64,000 nucleotides of DNA from Anaeramoeba ignava BMAN (taxonomy: Eukaryota; Protista; Anaeramoebae): NCBI GenBank assembly GCA_028826165.1, contig JAPDFW010000059.1, positions 744,001 to 808,000 on the forward strand, in the 5' to 3' direction. The notes below the pieces were generated by a model that saw only the letters and a list, made by a program, of their open reading frames with translations, searched no databases and had not been told where the DNA came from. Below are positions 59,201-64,000 of this stretch, in pieces. The translations under genes and the position numbers were made by a program. Numbering within the stretch: position 1 is the first letter of the stretch; the number at the start of each line of letters is the position of its first letter.

Positions 59201-59510
59201 TATTGAAAGAAAAGAAAAACAATATAAATTTCCAAAATTAATATTAATAATGAGAAGTGAATTATATCGAGGAATGTTTTTATCTGTTACAAATGATAAA
59301 TCTAATAAAGTTACAGATTATAGTGAATTAAGTAATAAATCATTTCAAATATTTGAATATTGGATTTATTCAAATCAAATTAAAGATGAAATTCAAATTA
59401 CACAAGAAATAATTAATGAAATTAAAATTGGAATTGATTATTTCCAATTAAATCAAACAAATCCAAATTTATTTGATTTATTAATTAACAAATTTAATAA
59501 TCAAAATTAA
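59188..59510 (+). pseudogene. Orphan 3' fragment of an RCC1-BTB gene
   Basis: Near-identical to ~54909-55231 (KDFIIERKEKQYKFPKLILIMRSELYRGMF...), with no upstream coding sequence. Confidence 0.85.
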
Positions 59511-59716
59511 AATTAAAATTAAAATTAAAATTGTTTTGTTTTTTATTTTTTGTTTTTTGAATAGAAAAGTTGAAGGAAATTTCATTATTAAAAAGAAGAA
59601 GAAAAGAAAAGAAAAAAGAAGAAGAAAAGAAGAGAAAAAAGCAAAAAAAAAAATTAAGAGGTTCAAATGAAGAATTTCAAAAAGAAAAGAAGAATGAGAA
59701 GAAATTTGTTTTTTTT

Positions 59717-61711
59717 TTAGAGAATAATCACCATACAGGTAATATTATCTGTAGAACCTTCACGGATTGCATTTGCGAGCAATTTTTTACTCATTTTATC
59801 TGGTTCATCCATTCCTTGAAGTAATTCAACTGCTTTTTCATTTGTAATAACATCCCAAACACCATCACAAGCAATTATCAAAAATTTATCTTCTTCAGTT
59901 AATTCTGTTGCTGTGAAATAAGGTTCATTTGAGATGAATTCTTTCAAAGAGTGATCTCCAAATGATCTGGAAACAGCCAAAAGACCTTCAATTTTAATAT
60001 TAATTTTAATTTAAATTTTTAATTTTGATTTTAAATTTAATTTTAATTTTAATTTTAATTTTAATTTTAATTTTGATTTTATTTTTAATTTTAATTTTAT
60101 TTTAATTTTAATTTTAATTTTAATTTTAATTTTAATTTTGATTTAAATTTTAATTTGAATTTTGATTTTAATTTTAAATTTAATTTTAATTTTAATTTTG
60201 ATTTTAATTTTAATTTTAAATATAAATATAAATTATAATTTTCGGATATAACTCACCAAATTTTAAGCTGAAACAATATAATTTTCTTTTTGATTTTGAT
60301 TTATGATCAAATTTTAAATTTAATTTTGATTTTAATTTTGAATTTTTAATTTTAATTTTAATTTTAAATATAAATTTTAATTTTTCGGATATAATTTCAA
60401 GAATTTTAATTTTATAATTTTAACAAATCCACCATTTGAAATCAAATTTTTAATTTTTGATTTTTAACATTTAATTTTTTGATCAAATGTTTTATTTTTA
60501 ATTTTGTTTTCGACTTTTTAATTTTAATTTTAATTTTGATTTTGATTTTAATTTTAATTTTAATTTTAATTTTAATTTTAATTTTAATTTTAATTTTAAT
60601 TTTAATTTTAATTTTAATTTTAATTTTAATTTTAAATTTAATTTTAATTTTAAATTTTAATTTTAATTTTAATTTTAATTTTAATTTTAATTTTAATTTT
60701 AATTTTAATTTTAATTTTAATTTTAATTTTAATTTTAATTTTAATTTTAATTTTAATTTTAATTTTAATTTTAATTTTAATTTTAATTTTAATTTTAATT
60801 TGAATTTTGATTTTAATTTGAATTTTAAAAAATTAAAATTAAAATTACCATAAAACTGCTCTTGAATCGCCAACATTTCCAGAATAAAGCATTCTTTTAT
60901 TTCCATATTTAGCAATAAGACATGTAACTGCAGTTGCACCTGAATTACTATAAGTTTCTTCAGCAATGGCAATATCAAATTTAGCATAAGTATCAGTAAA
61001 AATGTCTTGCATTTCTTTGTCAGTAATTTGGATGGAATTGTCATCTTTTTTTTCAATTTCTTTAATGTCATCTTGTTTGTCATCTTTTTTTTCAATTTCT
61101 TTAATGTCATCTTGTTTGTCATCTTTTTTTTCATCTTTTTTTTCATCATCTTGTTTGTCATCTTTTTTTTCATCTTCTTTTTTTTCATCTTCTTTTTTTT
61201 CATCATCTTTTTTTTCATCTTCTTTTTCATCTTCTTTTTTTTCATCTTTTTTTTCATCTTGTTTTTCATCTTCTTTTTCATCTTCTTTTTTTCATCTTTA
61301 TTATCAATTTCCATTGATAAATTGGTGTTAACTTCAGTATCAATTTGATTTTCTTTTTTAGGAGTGCTAATATTCAATTTTGCTTTAATATTATCAGCAA
61401 GCATTAAATGAAATTTTTCTTCAGCAAAATTTGCAACTTGTGAACCACCATGACCATCATACACTGCAAAAAAGCCCCAACCATCATTTTCTAAAAAGGA
61501 ATCTACAATAACGTGTGCATCCTTTTCCAATTATTTTTATTTTTATTGCATTAATTTTTTAATTTTTTAATTTTTTAATTTAATTTTTTTTTTCTCATTT
61601 TTTTATTCTTTTCATTTTTACTTCCATTGTTCGTCGGAATCGTGAATTTCTATCAGCACAAACTCCTACTGACTTTACTGACTTTAAATTTTCCTGTTTT
61701 TCGTTAATCAT
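59717..61711 (-). CDS. Protein phosphatase 2C (Ptc1-like) with an acidic/lysine-rich insertion; one exon garbled
   Basis: Exons 61711-61622, 61521-60849 (frameshift ~61290), corrupt ~60445-60240, 59985-59717. RFRRTME|DAH, FAVYDGHGG, SGATAV, GNVGDSRAVL, LAVSRSFGD, IIACDGVWDV, GSTDNITC. Confidence 0.9.
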
Positions 61712-61979
61712 TTTTTTTAAATTTTTTTTTTTTTTCAAATTTTTTTTTTTGTTATTAAAATTGTTTTTTATTTATTTTTAAATTTAATTTAATTTAAAAG
61801 AAAAAAAATGAAAAAAAAAAATTTAAAAAAAAAAATTTTCAAAACAAAAAAAAAGGAAAAATTAAAATAAAAACTTTAAATTTTTTTTGCTTTTTTTTTT
61901 TATTCTTCTTTTTATCTTGTAAAATCCAAAAAAAAAAAATAATATTTAAATCAATTTAAATTAATATTTTTAAATCAAT

Positions 61980-63900
61980 TTAAAAATTCTCAAGTAATTT
62001 TGCCAAAAACTTTTGTTTATAATTCCAAAAATAACAACGAATTTGATCCAAATTTTCACTCAAATCTTTTGCAATTTGTTGAGCTCTTAGTAAATTCTCT
62101 TTTGAAAAATAAACAGATTTCTTATCACTAAAAATATGAAATAAAACTATTAAAGGAAATCTATTTTTTGGATTTTTTGAATGGAATTCTTCAATTTTAA
62201 CGAGATAAAAATCCATTTTCTCTTTTTTGATTTGGTTATTCAAAATAAAGTGGTTCAAATAGTTCCAAGCACTTTCATTATCATCGACTTTAGCCAATTT
62301 TTGCAAACAGAAATCGATCTCTCTTTGTTGGATTTCAGGTGTTGTTTGGATTGTTTGTTTTTTAGTCACAATGAAAAACCTAGCATTCCAAGCTGAATTA
62401 TTTCGAATATCTTTTGAAATCATATTTTCAATAAATTCCAATTCATTATCCCATAAGTCAAAATTCTCAATAACCCATAAACGATATTCCCAAGCATGAT
62501 AGTTTTTTTCATCCATTTTAAGTGCGGAATCAATGAATGCTTTTTCTTCGTTTGGATAATTTAATTTTTCACAAACTAATCTTCGATGTCTCCAAATTTG
62601 ATAATTTTTTGTTGCAAGTGAAATTATATCAGAAATAAATACTAATTCGTCTTTTAGGTTTTTTCCCATTTTGTCTAATAAAAATCTTCGATATCCCCAA
62701 ACTGAATAGTTTGCTGGGTTTAGTTTAATCATTTGTTTTGTTAATTCTAATGCTCTTTCACTTATTTCTTGTGATTTCCAAATTGCTCTAAAATAATCCA
62801 TTGTGATAGCAACTAAACAAATATTTAAAGAATTTTAATTTTATAAATGAATTTTGATTTTATAAATGAATTTTAATTTTAATTTTATAAATGAATTTTA
62901 ATTTTAATTTTAATTTTGAATTTGAATTTTGATTTTAATTTTAATTTTAATTTGAATTTAAATTTTGATTTTAATTTTGATTTTAATTTTGATTTGAATT
63001 TAAATTTTGATTTTAATTTTGATTTTAATTTTGATTTGAATTTTAATTTTAATTTTAATTTTAATTTTAATTTTAATTTTAATTTTTGATTTTGATTTTA
63101 ATTTTAATTTTAATTTTGATTTTGATTTTAATTCTAATTTTAATTTGAATTTTAATTTTAATTTTAATTTAATTTTAATTTTAATTTTGATTTTAATTTT
63201 AATTTTAATTTTAATTTTAATTTTAATTTTGATTTTGATTTTAATTTTAATTTTAATTTTAATTTTAATTTTAATTTTAATTTTTGATTTTGATTTGAAT
63301 TTTAATTTTAATTTTAATTTTAATTTTAATTTTAATTTTAATTTTAATTTTAATTTTAATTTTAATTTTGATTTTGATTTGAATTTTAATTTTAGTTTTA
63401 ATTTGAATTTTAGTTTTAATTTGAATTTTAGTTTTAATTTGAATTTTAATTTTAATTTTAATTTTAATTTTGAATTTTAATTTGAATTTGATAAATGAAT
63501 TGAATTTTAGTTAGATTTCAACATTAAAATTTTGATTTTCTCCTTTTTTTTTTTTAAAAAACAAAACTATCACAATGAATTAAATATTTACACTCAGAAC
63601 TATAAGAAATAGGACTTAAATTCTTTGAAGGATCTTCATCTTGAGGAATTGGTGTGACATCACTCCAATCAAACTTTTGTAAAAAAAATTCATCATCATC
63701 ATCATCACTTTCATATGAAATTTCAATATCTCCATCTGATTGTGAATTTGATTGTGAATCTGATTTGAAATCAAATTCTTTTTGGTTTTCAGTTTCTATT
63801 TTTTTTTCTTCAATTTGTATTTTTCTTCATTTTTTTATTTTCTTTTATTTTCTTTATTTTCTTTAATTTTATTTTCTGTATTTTCTTGATTCTCATTCAT
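61980..63900 (-). CDS. FNTA: Protein farnesyltransferase/geranylgeranyltransferase-I alpha subunit, 2 exons
   Basis: Exon 1 ~63900-63592 (homopolymer frameshifts near 63825-63845) encodes DWSDVTPIPQDE..PISYSSE. Exon 2 62812-61980 encodes MDYFRA..SERAL..NPANYSVW..KNYQIWRHR..KNYHAW..RNNSAW..NESAW (PFTA repeats). Confidence 0.92.
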
Positions 63901-64000
63901 TATAATTAAAAAAAATGAAAAAATGAAAAAAATGAAAAATGAAAAATGAAAAAAATGAAAAAAATTAAAACAAATTTCGAAATTTTTTGATTTTTGCTTT

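Overview
Very AT-rich, gene-dense eukaryotic nuclear DNA using the standard genetic code. The expanded BTB/BACK/TLDc, RCC1-BTB and ankyrin-BTB genes and the microsatellite-filled introns suggest an anaerobic protist such as Anaeramoeba; this is inference and was not verified. I spliced about 20 genes by hand: C2-TPR, BTB-TLDc, DCP1, a Byr4/Bfa1-like repeat protein, ANK-BTB, an ACAP-type ArfGAP, a UBA-like protein, MOB1, coactosin, G-alpha, a Sel1-repeat protein, a TIS11/TTP-like CCCH protein, LZIC, POLE2, RAD52, a BTB/RCC1/TLDc cluster, PP2C and FNTA. Main highlights: (1) a complete 3,672-bp pogo-type DD35D DNA transposon (perfect 25-bp TIRs, TA target duplication) inside the LZIC intron, whose single ORF fuses the transposase to an apparently intact Ulp1/SENP-like (C48) protease; (2) a U12-type AT-AC intron in POLE2; (3) a strand-specific TCATTTT initiator-like motif upstream of most start codons; (4) a Sel1 protein with a cryptic Cys-His-Asn papain-like domain. 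Most ORF-track entries that read as ILIL/DFDF/NFNF are translations of simple repeats. Several single-base frameshifts and garbled exons look like long-read consensus errors.
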